From the NCBI GenBank assembly GCA_963707505.1, contig CAVPQB010000003.1, positions 96,001 to 160,000 of the forward strand: a stretch of DNA of 64,000 nt. The letters are read 5' to 3'. This DNA comes from an uncultured Gemmatimonadales bacterium. GTDB taxonomy: Bacteria; Gemmatimonadota; Gemmatimonadetes; Gemmatimonadales; Gemmatimonadaceae. A model generated the notes under the pieces. The model did no database searches. It was not told the DNA's origin and was given only the letters and a program-made list of their open reading frames with translations. This document shows, piece by piece, positions 1 to 9,522 of this stretch (position 1 is its first letter; the number at the start of each line of letters is the position of its first letter). The position numbers and the translations under genes are program-made.

Positions 1-283
1 GGTGCCCGCCGAGGCGGTCGCCGAGTCGCATGGCGCGCTCGAGATTGACGCGCGTGCCGACAGTCCAGCCGTCGATCGCGGTGCGGCCCAGGGTGGTGAC
101 GATCGCCGCGGCGGTGAACCAGCCATCGCCCGATTCCCGTACCGTGAGGCAGGCTCCGTTCACCGCTATACTTTCACCCGAAACCAGGGATTCGTAACCT
201 GCACGAATCCGAAACTCCCGACCCGCGTCCGTATCGGCGACGCGATCGACGGTTCCGACCTCATCAATCAGTCCAGTAAACAT
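1..283 (-). CDS. ribE: Riboflavin synthase alpha chain (N-terminal part; gene runs off the window edge)
   Basis: Not in the ORF track. Manual translation from ATG at 283 gives MFTGLIDEVGTV...GESIAVNGACLTV...VNLERAMRLGDRLGGH, the canonical motifs. Lies directly downstream of ribD. Confidence 0.95.
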   Translation of the reverse strand, partial: MFTGLIDEVGTVDRVADTDAGREFRIRAGYESLVSGESIAVNGACLTVRESGDGWFTAAAIVTTLGRTAIDGWTVGTRVNLERAMRLGDRLGGH

Positions 284-286
284 TCT

Positions 287-1306
287 TCAAACAGCGTGCA
301 GGGCATAAATAGTCATCAGGTCGTCGCCAAAGGCCTGGCGACGCAGTATCGGGATCCGGCGGACGTTCTCCGCTCGGCGAGGCGAAGTCGAAGAGAATGC
401 CGCGAGCGCGCCTCCGCCCAATACTATAGGTGCTTGAAAGATAACCAGCCTGTCCACCAGCTCCGCGTCGAGCAGCGCCGACGCGAGCGATGCACCGCCC
501 TCGACGAGCAGGGAGCGGATTCCACGTGTCCGGAGAGCTCGGAGCGATGCGGCAAGATCAGCCACGCGAACGAAGGTAACCGACTCGGTTTCCTCTAGAA
601 CGGACGTTCGACCGGCCGATAATTTGGCGTCTGGATCGAAGACCACACGCATGGGTTGGACTCTCGGCTGGATCGGGCCGCGCACCGTCAGCGACGGATG
701 GTCGGTGGAGTAGGTCGTCGCGCCGACCGCGATGGCGTCCACACTGGCGCGAATACGGTGGACCTCCGCGCGAGAATCCTCGTTCGTGAGCCACGCCCGG
801 GTGCGCTTGGAGTCCGCGATCGCGCCGTCGATCGAGAGCGCAAGCTTGAGCGTCACCCACGGACGATCCGACACGAACGAGTGAAAGAATGGCGCGTTGA
901 GCTCGCGCGCTTCATTCTCCAGCAATCCGACATCGACGTCGATACCAGCTGCGCGCAGCCTCTCCGCCCCACCGCCCGAATCGGCGCCAGGATCGCGCGC
1001 AGCTATCACAACACGAGCAATTTTCGCGGCGATGACCGCATCGGAGCACGGTGGCGTCTTGCCGGTGTGATTGCACGGCTCGAGCGTGACGTACATCGTC
1101 GCGCCCTGTGCGGCACTTCCCGCACATGCGAGCGCGTTGATCTCGGCGTGCGCTTCGCCGTACCGCTCGTGCCACCCCTCACCGATTATTTCGCCGTTGC
1201 GCACGACGACTGCGCCGACCATTGGATTGGGCGCGGTCTGTCCCCAGCCACGCTCCGCGAGCGCCAGCGCGCGACGCATGAACTGTTCGTCGCGCGCATC
1301 CGTCAT
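287..1306 (-). CDS. ribD: Bifunctional pyrimidine deaminase/reductase RibD
   Basis: PNPMVGAV, HAE, TLEPCNH..TPPC, LKLALSIDG and LLVEGG motifs. Start taken at ATG 1306, just after the upstream stop. Confidence 0.96.
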   Translation of the reverse strand: MTDARDEQFMRRALALAERGWGQTAPNPMVGAVVVRNGEIIGEGWHERYGEAHAEINALACAGSAAQGATMYVTLEPCNHTGKTPPCSDAVIAAKIARVVIAARDPGADSGGGAERLRAAGIDVDVGLLENEARELNAPFFHSFVSDRPWVTLKLALSIDGAIADSKRTRAWLTNEDSRAEVHRIRASVDAIAVGATTYSTDHPSLTVRGPIQPRVQPMRVVFDPDAKLSAGRTSVLEETESVTFVRVADLAASLRALRTRGIRSLLVEGGASLASALLDAELVDRLVIFQAPIVLGGGALAAFSSTSPRRAENVRRIPILRRQAFGDDLMTIYALHAV

Positions 1307-1310
1307 GCGC

Positions 1311-2321
1311 TCAGATTCCGAATCGAACGCCAAGTGCGCCGTAGGTCTGAGCCGAGCCGGGAGCAGCGCCGGCGAACGAGTTGTACGTCGGTACGCTTAC
1401 CGAGTTCGTCCGGCCAATCTCACCAATGAACTTGATGATTGGAAGGTTCAGTGTCGCGTCGAGGAAGTACGTCGTGCGCGTGAGCTTCTGCTTCATCGAT
1501 ATCGGGCCGAGTGCCTCTCCCGGTGTCCCAACGCCCGCCACGCCACGTGCGGCAACGTAGCCGCTTCCGGTCGCACTCGAGCTGTAGCGGTCCTGGCCGA
1601 CGCCAGCTGCGAGCCCGAGCATGAGGAGACTCTTGCTCGCAACCAGCCTGTATGAATCGGTGCTGACATCGACGTTCTTGAGATTGAGCGAGTCGCCACC
1701 GCCGTCATTGGCTGCGAGGTCGACTGTCGGAAGGCCGCGATGGAGATACGTGACCGAAATTCCAGGGAACAGTATGCTCTCCTGAATTATTCCAACGCGC
1801 ACACCGCCACCGAATTTCACAGATCCGTTCGGCGTATTGAGATGAACACCGGACGCATCGAGTGAGGGCAGATAGCTGGCGCTGCCAAGCAGATCGATTC
1901 CACCGACGTTCGTGACGCCGAGCGGAATACCGCGAAACAGGCCAATTGCGATGTCGGCCTGCGGAATGCCTGCAAGTTGCGACTGTGTCGGATACTCATC
2001 CGAACGAGCACCGGTCGTCGCGGGTGTGACCTTGTCGACACGCGGAATGTTCGAGTTGACCAGATTCGCGCGGCCGCTGATGTAGATGTGGCCAAGCCCA
2101 CCAAGTGTTCCGCCCACACCGAGCGTCGCATTACCGCCGGAGATGATGACCCCCAACTGTGGCGCGAGATACTGGAAGACGTCGATCGCCTTCTGGCACG
2201 CATCCTGGGTAACGATGGAAGAACACTGCGAGTTTACAGTTCTCTGCGCGGCAAGCGGCACGGAAAAGAAAAGCAGCGATGCCGCGATGAGTGATGCGAT
2301 CTTCGTTGACCTGATCTTCAT
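1311..2321 (-). CDS. Exported protein, probable outer-membrane beta-barrel
   Basis: Signal peptide (…VPLAAQ), amphipathic beta-strand pattern, C-terminus YGALGVRFGI, and a GGAG RBS upstream. Confidence 0.7.
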   Translation of the reverse strand: MKIRSTKIASLIAASLLFFSVPLAAQRTVNSQCSSIVTQDACQKAIDVFQYLAPQLGVIISGGNATLGVGGTLGGLGHIYISGRANLVNSNIPRVDKVTPATTGARSDEYPTQSQLAGIPQADIAIGLFRGIPLGVTNVGGIDLLGSASYLPSLDASGVHLNTPNGSVKFGGGVRVGIIQESILFPGISVTYLHRGLPTVDLAANDGGGDSLNLKNVDVSTDSYRLVASKSLLMLGLAAGVGQDRYSSSATGSGYVAARGVAGVGTPGEALGPISMKQKLTRTTYFLDATLNLPIIKFIGEIGRTNSVSVPTYNSFAGAAPGSAQTYGALGVRFGI

Positions 2322-2339
2322 TGATTCTCCTGACGGGGC

Positions 2340-3398
2340 CTATTCGAGAACAACGCGTCCGGAGCCCGGACGAACTTCGCCGAGTCTCCATGCGGCAATT
2401 CCCGCGCGCGCTGCGTGTTGAATGACTGGATCGACCTCGCTGCCGTCACAGATCACGATCATCCCGACACCCATGTTGAACGATCGGAACATATCGCCGA
2501 CCGGAACGTCGCCCGCGCGTCCCAACTCGCGGAAGAGCGCTGGTGTTTCCCAGCTGGCAAGGCTTACGATGGCGTCGAGCGCGGGCGGTAGCGCGCGATC
2601 CAGATTGCCAGGAATCCCACCGCCGGTTATGTGTGCCATTGCGTGCACACGATCCAGTACCGGACCGACCGCAGCAAGATAGGACGCGTGCACCGCGAGC
2701 AGCGCGTCGGCGACGGTCACGTCCATTCCTGGAAACGTATCAGTGGCGTGAAGTTTCATCCGGTCGTGAACGATACGTCGCGCAAGCGAGTATCCGTTCG
2801 TGTGCAACCCGGTGCTCGCGAGCGCGACGAGTGCGTCGCCGTTGCGAACGCGGTCCGGCCCGAGCACTGAATCCTCGCTCACGCAGCCGACGATGAAGCC
2901 CGCTAGATCGTAGTCTGGTGGGGTGTAGATGCCAGGCATCTCCGCCGTCTCGCCGCCCAGCAGCGCACAGCCGTTTTCCTTGCAGCCAGCTGCAACGCCG
3001 GACACTACGGCCTCCACGATCGCCGGTACAAGCTTGCCGAACGCGACGTAATCGAGAAAAAAGAGAGGCCTGGCACCCTGGACGAGAATGTCGTTCACGC
3101 AGTGATTGACCAGATCGTGTCCGACAGTGTCGTGCCGTTCAGCTTCGATCGCGACCTTGGTTTTGGTGCCGACACCATCTGCGGATGCGACGAGGAGGGG
3201 CTTCGCGACATCCGTAGGAACACGAAACATTCCACCGAACGCTCCGAACGCGCCGCGGACGCCAGCGGTGTAGGTGGATTCGACGAGCTTCCTTATCCGC
3301 CGCTTGGCGTCATCGCTGGCATCGATGTCGACTCCGGCTGCGCGATAGTCGAGCGGTGCATTTGCATCGGTCGCGTGGGCGCGCGAATCACTCGTCAC
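2340..3398 (-). CDS. purM: Phosphoribosylformylglycinamidine cyclo-ligase (AIR synthetase)
   Basis: DYRAAGVDI, DGVGTK, GGETAEMPG, GLHTNGYSL, HITGGG and FNMGVG motifs. GTG start overlaps the pfkB stop (GTGA). The longer track ORF is over-extended. Confidence 0.96.
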   Translation of the reverse strand: MTSDSRAHATDANAPLDYRAAGVDIDASDDAKRRIRKLVESTYTAGVRGAFGAFGGMFRVPTDVAKPLLVASADGVGTKTKVAIEAERHDTVGHDLVNHCVNDILVQGARPLFFLDYVAFGKLVPAIVEAVVSGVAAGCKENGCALLGGETAEMPGIYTPPDYDLAGFIVGCVSEDSVLGPDRVRNGDALVALASTGLHTNGYSLARRIVHDRMKLHATDTFPGMDVTVADALLAVHASYLAAVGPVLDRVHAMAHITGGGIPGNLDRALPPALDAIVSLASWETPALFRELGRAGDVPVGDMFRSFNMGVGMIVICDGSEVDPVIQHAARAGIAAWRLGEVRPGSGRVVLE

Positions 3399-4312
3399 GC
3401 GCTCACATCCTCCTCGAACGCAACCAGCTGCTTGAAAGCGTGCACACGCTCGCCCAGTTCCGCGCGCGTGACGGTCATCAGCCGTTCGATCGAGAACTTC
3501 TCCACCGCAAACGAACCCATCGCACATCCGTAAATGACTGCACGTCGCATATTGGCGTCGCTCAGGTCGCCTGTTTGGGCAAGATAACCGATGAAGCCGC
3601 CCGCGAACGAATCCCCCGCACCTGTGGGATCGAACACCGACTCGAGCGGATATGCTGGCGCGAAGAAGATGTTGTTCTCTCTGAACAGGAAAGCACCGTG
3701 CTCGCCCTTCTTGATGATCACGTGCCTGGGGCCATGCGCCATTATCCACCGAGCCGCCTGCACAAGGTTGCTCTGCTCCGTGAGCTGCCGCGCTTCCGCG
3801 TCGTTCAGCGTCAAAAGATCCACGTGTCCGAGCAGCTCGATCAACTCGGGGCGACGGCTCTCGATCCAGAAGTTCATCGTGTCGGATGCGACGAGGCGCG
3901 GCCGCTCGACCTGCTTCAGTACGGCGAGCTGGAGTCGCGGATCGATGTTCGCGAGAAAGAGAAAGTCCGGTTTGGCAAAACGCGCGGGAATCTTCGGCTC
4001 GAAATTCGAGAACACACCCAGATGCGTTTCGAGTGTCTCGGCAGAATTGAGATCGTGACGGTAGCGTCCGCGCCACCGGAACGAGCTGCCGTCAACCTGC
4101 TCTATGCCTCCCAGGTCGACGTTGCGCCTCTCGAGCTCGCGCAGACGGTCCATCGGATAGTCGTTACCAACGACACCGACGACCTGCACGTCAGTCAGAT
4201 GACTCGCGGCGGCAGAAAAGAAAGTTGCGGAGCCGCCGAGCACGTCGTCGGCCTTGCCGAACGGCGTTTCGACGGAATCCAGCGCGACCGATCCAACGAC
4301 GAGAACGGACAT
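3395..4312 (-). CDS. PfkB-family carbohydrate/nucleoside kinase
   Basis: GSVALD, GGSA, KKGEHG and DPTGAGDSFAGG PfkB signatures. Confidence 0.92.
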   Translation of the reverse strand: MSVLVVGSVALDSVETPFGKADDVLGGSATFFSAAASHLTDVQVVGVVGNDYPMDRLRELERRNVDLGGIEQVDGSSFRWRGRYRHDLNSAETLETHLGVFSNFEPKIPARFAKPDFLFLANIDPRLQLAVLKQVERPRLVASDTMNFWIESRRPELIELLGHVDLLTLNDAEARQLTEQSNLVQAARWIMAHGPRHVIIKKGEHGAFLFRENNIFFAPAYPLESVFDPTGAGDSFAGGFIGYLAQTGDLSDANMRRAVIYGCAMGSFAVEKFSIERLMTVTRAELGERVHAFKQLVAFEEDVSA

Positions 4313-4325
4313 CAGAGTTGTGTGG

Positions 4326-4356
4326 AAGTTATTGACACCGCAACGTTTGCGATCAA
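4326..4356 (-). promoter_or_regulatory. Candidate pfkB-purM promoter with a LacI/PurR-like imperfect palindrome
   Basis: Minus strand reads TTGATC-N19-TAACTT. TCGCAAACGTTGCGGT (4352-4337) occupies the spacer. Confidence 0.35.
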
Positions 4357-4364
4357 ATCAGTGG

Positions 4365-5981
4365 TCACATCCGCTCCGGCGCGGCGATTCCGAGGAGGTG
4401 CAGAGTGTTGCGGATCACGATCTGTGCCGCACGAGCCAGTGCAAGACGCGCGGACATGACAGGCTCGGGCTCACCGAGAACGTGATGCTTGTGATACCAC
4501 TGATGCGCGAGTCGCGCGGTTTCCAGAGCGTACGATGTGATGCGGTGCGGCTCCAGTGCCGCGGCAGCGCCACGCACCTCGGCCGGAAAATCGATCAGCT
4601 GCTTGATGAGCGCCTGTTCTTCCGGCTCCGTGAGCACGCTGAGATCGACCGACGACATATCCATCTGTGACGCATCGATCTCGCCAACGCGAAAGATTCC
4701 GCTCATTCGTGCGTGCGCCATCTGCAGATAGTAGACCGGGTTCTCATCCGACTGCCTGCGAGCGAGATCGACGTCGAAGATCAGTGGGCTGTCGCCCTTC
4801 CGCATCAGGAAGAAGAAGCGCACTGCATCGCGCCCCACCCAGTCGATCAGGTCGCGCACCGTCACGTAGCTTCCGGCCCGCTTGGAGATCTTGACCTCCT
4901 CGCCATCCTTCACCACCGTCACGAGCTGGTGCAGCACGTACTCGGGATAGCCTTCCGGAATCCCCAGATCCAGCGCGCGCAAGCCGGCGCGCACGCGCGT
5001 TGTAGTGCCGTGATGATCGGCACCCTGCACGTTGATCGCACGGGTAAAGCCTCGCTCCCACTTTGTGAGATGGTACGCGACGTCCGGCACGAAGTACGTG
5101 AATGTTCCGTCGCGCTTTCGCATCACGCGATCCTTGTCGTCGCCGTACTCCACGGTGCGCAGCCACAGCGCGCCCTCGCTCTCGTACGTCTGCCCCTTCT
5201 CGATGAGACGCTCCACGGCCTGCTGAACCTTGCCATCGGTATAGAGACTCGACTCCAGATAATACGTGTCGAACTTCACACCGAACGCCTGCATGTCCAG
5301 ATCCTGCTCTGCACGCAACACGCGCACAGCGAACTCCCGTACGCCTTCGTTCACGGCACCATCGTAGTGCAATGCAATTTCGCGCACATAGTCGCCGTGG
5401 TATCCGCCGGTTGGAATCGCCGCTTCACCACCCTCCGCGTCGATGTGTGCGCGCACACTCAGCTCGAGATTGTCGATCTGAACACCCGCATCGTTGTAAT
5501 AGAACTCGCGCGAAACGTTCCAGCCGGTCCACTCGAGCAACGACGAGATAGCATCACCGAGCGCAGCCTGACGGCCGTGACCGACGTGCAGCGGACCGGT
5601 TGGATTGGCAGAGACGAACTCGACTACTACGGGAGCGTTGGCACCATCGGATGCACGACCGTAAATCTCGTTGCCAACGACGATGCCGCGAACGGTTGCA
5701 GCGACAGCGCCGGGATCCAGCCGGAAATTCAGGAATCCCGGTCCGGCAATCTCGATGCGGTCGACGCCCGCGTCGGCGAGATTGATATTGTCCCGAATCG
5801 CAATCGCGATCTCTGCTGGCTTGCGGCGGAGCGGACGCGCCAGCACCATCGCGATGTTGCTGGCCCAGTCCGCGAGAGCGGGGTCTCGCGGACGCTCCAG
5901 CAACGGCTCGACGTCTTCGGGCGCGCCGATGCTCAGCGCCGCCCGTTTCAGCTCGGCGCGGATACGATCAGAAAAATTCAC
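4365..5981 (-). CDS. argS: Arginine--tRNA ligase
   Basis: EFVSANPTGPLHVGHGR (HIGH), KISKRAG and NPVYYLQMAHAR motifs; C-terminal APERM. Confidence 0.97.
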   Translation of the reverse strand: MNFSDRIRAELKRAALSIGAPEDVEPLLERPRDPALADWASNIAMVLARPLRRKPAEIAIAIRDNINLADAGVDRIEIAGPGFLNFRLDPGAVAATVRGIVVGNEIYGRASDGANAPVVVEFVSANPTGPLHVGHGRQAALGDAISSLLEWTGWNVSREFYYNDAGVQIDNLELSVRAHIDAEGGEAAIPTGGYHGDYVREIALHYDGAVNEGVREFAVRVLRAEQDLDMQAFGVKFDTYYLESSLYTDGKVQQAVERLIEKGQTYESEGALWLRTVEYGDDKDRVMRKRDGTFTYFVPDVAYHLTKWERGFTRAINVQGADHHGTTTRVRAGLRALDLGIPEGYPEYVLHQLVTVVKDGEEVKISKRAGSYVTVRDLIDWVGRDAVRFFFLMRKGDSPLIFDVDLARRQSDENPVYYLQMAHARMSGIFRVGEIDASQMDMSSVDLSVLTEPEEQALIKQLIDFPAEVRGAAAALEPHRITSYALETARLAHQWYHKHHVLGEPEPVMSARLALARAAQIVIRNTLHLLGIAAPERM

Positions 5982-6400
5982 TCCGACGCCTTTGTCGGAG
6001 TCACCGGCTTCGCTGGCGTTTCCGATGCCTTGCGTGGCGCATCGCCGCTCGGCTTGGTGTCTGCGGCGCCGGACCCGGCGCCGGACGATGCCGAGTCGCT
6101 CTTGGACTCCGACGACGCGGTGGACGCGCTTCCTTCGCCAGTGGACGCAGCGGGACCGGATTCCTTGCTTGACTCCGACGTTTTGCGGCCGGCGTTCGTC
6201 TGATCCTTCTTACCGTCCTTGCCGTAGTCGGTGATGTAAAACCCGGTTCCATGGAAGACGAGCCCAGCGCCTGCCGACATCTGGCGCTCGGCGGGCTCGC
6301 CGCATACCGGACACGGAACAACCGTGGGAGCGGATGCCATGGACCGGAAGAATTTGTCGAAATCATGCCCTTGAGGGCACGTGAACTCGTACGTAGGCAC
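5978..6400 (-). CDS. FmdB-family zinc-ribbon protein with low-complexity tail
   Basis: MPTYEFTC..GH...CPVCG...FHGTGFYITDY followed by an S/A/K-rich tail. Confidence 0.88.
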   Translation of the reverse strand: MPTYEFTCPQGHDFDKFFRSMASAPTVVPCPVCGEPAERQMSAGAGLVFHGTGFYITDYGKDGKKDQTNAGRKTSESSKESGPAASTGEGSASTASSESKSDSASSGAGSGAADTKPSGDAPRKASETPAKPVTPTKASE

Positions 6401-6471
6401 TTGAGGAGGGGTTGGTGCAGTCGTTCAATTTACGAGACCGCGAGGGCTACCTCAACGGTTACGAGGAGAGT

Positions 6472-8100
6472 TTAGAGCGCCGGATTATAGACACCCCAGC
6501 ACGCGGCCAGCGTATCCGATATCTCTCCAACCGTCGCCCGCGCTCGCACGGCATCGATGATGAGAGGCATGAGCTGGGTATTGGCCCCTGCGATTTGGCC
6601 TGCAGCTTCACGGAGGACGGCCAGTGATTCGGAGACGCGCGCGCTGTCACGCGCCGCCCGCACAGCAGCAACTTTCCGAACCTGCTCGCGCTCCAGTGCA
6701 GAGTAATCGGGCGATGGTATGACTGGCGGCTCGGCGTCATCAGCGAACTTGTTGACACCGACGATCGTCGTCGCGCCAGCTTCGACCCTGAGCTGGAACT
6801 CGTATGCGCTTCGGGCGATCTCTTCCTGAAAGAATCCAGCTGCGACGGCGCGCTCAGCACCGCCGATGTCGTCGACTTTCGCGATCAGATCCATCGCGCG
6901 GCTCTCCAACTGGTCCGTCAGCGCCTCGACGTAGTAGCTCCCTGCGAGCGGATCCACCGTGTTTGCGATCCCGGATTCGTATCCGATTATCTGCTGCGTT
7001 CGCAAGGCAAGTGTTGCAGCTTCGGCGGTCGGAAGCGCCAACGCCTCGTCATATCCGTTGGTGTGAAGCGATTGAGTACCGCCCAGCGTCGCCGCCAACG
7101 CCTGCACGGTAACGCGCACGACATTGTTGAGCGGCTGTTGCGCCATCAGTGTCACGCCACCAGTCTGTGTGTGGAAGCGCATTCTGCAGCTTGCTTCGCT
7201 TGCACCGAACCTGTCTCGCATGATTCGCGCGTACATGCGCCGAGCAGCGCGGAACTTCGCGACTTCCTCGAACAGATCGTTATGCGACGCGAAAAAGAAG
7301 GAGAGGCGCGGCGCGAACGCGTCGATCTCGAGACCGGTGGAGATCGCTCGTTTTACGTATTCGATCGCGTTGGCGAAGGTGAAGGCGAGCTCCTGCACCG
7401 CAGTCGCGCCAGCTTCGCGAATGTGGTAGCCGGAGATCGAGATCGGATTCCAGCGAGGCACTTCATCAGCGCAGAAGCGGAATATCTCCGCGATCAGATC
7501 GAGGCTCGGGCCGGGTGGATAGATGTACGTCCCTCGTGCGATGTATTCCTTGAGCAGATCATTCTGGATCGTTCCGCTCAATACCGAACGAGATATTCCC
7601 CGCTCTTCCGCAACGACGATGTACATGGCGAGCAGCGTCGACGCTGTCGCATTGATCGTCATCGATGTCGAAACTGTTTCCAGCGGAAGATCCGCCAGCA
7701 GCGCATGCATGTCCTCGACCGTGTCGATTGCGACTCCGGCGCGCCCAACTTCGCCCAACGCTCGCGGAGAATCGGAGTCGATACCCATCTGCGTCGGGAG
7801 ATCGAACGCGACGGATAGCCCGGTCTGTCCGCGCTCCAGCAGTAGGCGAAAGCGTGTGTTGGTCTCTTCCGCAGTACCGAATCCGGCGTACTGCCGCATC
7901 GTCCACAAGCGCCCACGGTACATGCTCGCCTGAACGCCGCGAGTGAACGGATACTTGCCGGGATCACCCAGGTCGCGATCGTAATCGGTGGCAGCATCCG
8001 CTGGGCGATACACTACCTGAACCGGAATACCGGACGGAGTCTCGCGGCCGGAATCGACTTTCCTGCCGCTCACCGGCGGCCGTCCGGAAACATCACGCAA
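6472..8100 (-). CDS. Methylmalonyl-CoA mutase family, large (substrate-binding) subunit without the B12-binding domain
   Basis: [45 protein letters not shown] and [11 protein letters not shown] motifs. The RQY Tyr is consistent with MCM rather than ICM. Start may be GTG 8073. Confidence 0.93.
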   Translation of the reverse strand: MRDVSGRPPVSGRKVDSGRETPSGIPVQVVYRPADAATDYDRDLGDPGKYPFTRGVQASMYRGRLWTMRQYAGFGTAEETNTRFRLLLERGQTGLSVAFDLPTQMGIDSDSPRALGEVGRAGVAIDTVEDMHALLADLPLETVSTSMTINATASTLLAMYIVVAEERGISRSVLSGTIQNDLLKEYIARGTYIYPPGPSLDLIAEIFRFCADEVPRWNPISISGYHIREAGATAVQELAFTFANAIEYVKRAISTGLEIDAFAPRLSFFFASHNDLFEEVAKFRAARRMYARIMRDRFGASEASCRMRFHTQTGGVTLMAQQPLNNVVRVTVQALAATLGGTQSLHTNGYDEALALPTAEAATLALRTQQIIGYESGIANTVDPLAGSYYVEALTDQLESRAMDLIAKVDDIGGAERAVAAGFFQEEIARSAYEFQLRVEAGATTIVGVNKFADDAEPPVIPSPDYSALEREQVRKVAAVRAARDSARVSESLAVLREAAGQIAGANTQLMPLIIDAVRARATVGEISDTLAACWGVYNPAL

Positions 8101-8116
8101 CAGCGAGGCTCGATAA

Positions 8117-9145
8117 TTACGCTTGCTCTGCGAGCACGGGGCGCGACAGCATCAGATCGGCCGTCATGACGTCGTGCTTGCTGCCGATGAACAACGGCGT
8201 GCGCTGGTGCAGCTCGGTTGGCTCGACGTCGAGAATGCGGATCGATCCGTTGCTGCCGAGTCCGCCTGCCTGCTCGACGATGAAGGCGAGCGGATTTGCT
8301 TCGTAGAGCAAACGCAGCTTGCCACGCGGGTTGTTCTCGTTGGCGGGATATGCGAACAGACCGCCGCCCAGCAAGTTGCGATGAAAATCGGCGACGAGTG
8401 ATCCCACGTATCGCACACTCATCGGGTCGCGCATGCCGTCGAGGCCGCGATAACGGCGCATAAGCGCGCGGACGTCCTCATCCCACACCTGTTCGTACGA
8501 ATCGTTGACGGAGAGATACCTGCCATGCTCCGGAATTCTGATGTTCGGATGCGACAGCAGAAATTCGCCGATCTGCGGATCCAGTGTGAAGCCGTGCACA
8601 CCCTGACCGGTGGTGTAGACCATCATCGTGCTGGAGCCGTAAATCACATAGCCGGCGGCGACCTGACGGCGGCCCGGTTGCAGCATGTCCTCCATCTCGC
8701 CGCGAGCACCGCGCGTGATCTTGCGCAGAACGGAGAAGATGGTCCCCACCGGAACGTTGACGTCGATGTTGGACGATCCGTCCAGCGGATCGAACAGGAG
8801 ACAGTACTTGCCGCAGCGGAAGTTGTCGGGGATCTGGATGATGTCGGGTTCTTCCTCCGACGCCATCGCACAGAGGCGGCCGCTGTGATCCAGCGCCTTG
8901 ATGATCATGTCGTTGGCGAGCACGTCCAGCTTCTGCTGGATCTCGCCCTGAACATTTTCGTTTTCGGTGGCGCCGATTATGTCAGCCAGACCGGCCATAC
9001 GGACCTTGTTGGCGATCATCTTCGCCGCAAGCGCTATGTCGTACAGCAACCCGGACAACTCACCGGTCGCTTCAGGATACAGGTGTTCCTGCTCGATGAT
9101 GTACCGCTCGATTGTTACGACGGACGTCGCTGTGTGCTTGACCAT
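8117..9145 (-). CDS. fbp: Class 1 fructose-1,6-bisphosphatase
   Basis: [31 protein letters not shown] and [10 protein letters not shown] motifs. ATG 9145 has a GGAGG RBS. Confidence 0.96.
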   Translation of the reverse strand: MVKHTATSVVTIERYIIEQEHLYPEATGELSGLLYDIALAAKMIANKVRMAGLADIIGATENENVQGEIQQKLDVLANDMIIKALDHSGRLCAMASEEEPDIIQIPDNFRCGKYCLLFDPLDGSSNIDVNVPVGTIFSVLRKITRGARGEMEDMLQPGRRQVAAGYVIYGSSTMMVYTTGQGVHGFTLDPQIGEFLLSHPNIRIPEHGRYLSVNDSYEQVWDEDVRALMRRYRGLDGMRDPMSVRYVGSLVADFHRNLLGGGLFAYPANENNPRGKLRLLYEANPLAFIVEQAGGLGSNGSIRILDVEPTELHQRTPLFIGSKHDVMTADLMLSRPVLAEQA

Positions 9146-9522
9146 AACACCTCCTCGGCGAACTGATCGGCCTCTACTTCGAAACGGTTCCGCGAATAGC
9201 CACGGCACACGGATTCCCAAAGGTAACGTATGGCAAATGTTTTGTCCCGTCTGTACTGGCGGACATGACCCAATTCGTGGAGAAGAAGCCGGACTGAAGG
9301 CGGCCCCGCCGGCGACAGAAAGACCGTACTGCCAAAGGTGATCCCCGCGACCGAACCTCGGCCAAGAAACCACCCGCCAACACGCAGCGGAAAACCGCCA
9401 CGCCGCCACGACACCGATGCCAATTCGGGAAATGCGGAGATGACGTCGTGCGGAAGCGCAAACGGCATACCGATAGTTTCCCGAAGCATCGCACGCAGTG
9501 CTACGCGGACGCCGCCGCTCAC
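9115..9522 (-). CDS. Small HExxH protein, DUF4157-like
   Basis: AGITFGSTVF...LLLHELGHVRQY...YSRNRFEVEA. GTG start overlaps the comEC stop. Confidence 0.75.
   Translation of the reverse strand: MSGGVRVALRAMLRETIGMPFALPHDVISAFPELASVSWRRGGFPLRVGGWFLGRGSVAGITFGSTVFLSPAGPPSVRLLLHELGHVRQYRRDKTFAIRYLWESVCRGYSRNRFEVEADQFAEEVLWSSTQRRPS

Noticed and set aside
2..598. Long plus-strand ORFs antisense to real genes (e.g. 2-598, 4713-6203, 47762-49156, 56020-57423)
   Set aside because: Shadow ORFs expected in high-GC DNA. They have no motifs and lie fully opposite well-supported genes.
3399..4076. Apparent 225-aa N-terminal extension or fusion on PurM
   Set aside because: It is an alternate frame of the pfkB gene. 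PurM homology starts at about 3398. Similar over-extensions affect fbp, miaB, mraY and cheA in the track.
9115..9522. DUF4157-like gene as a marker of a contractile injection or toxin locus
   Set aside because: No tail, baseplate, toxin or immunity genes in the window.
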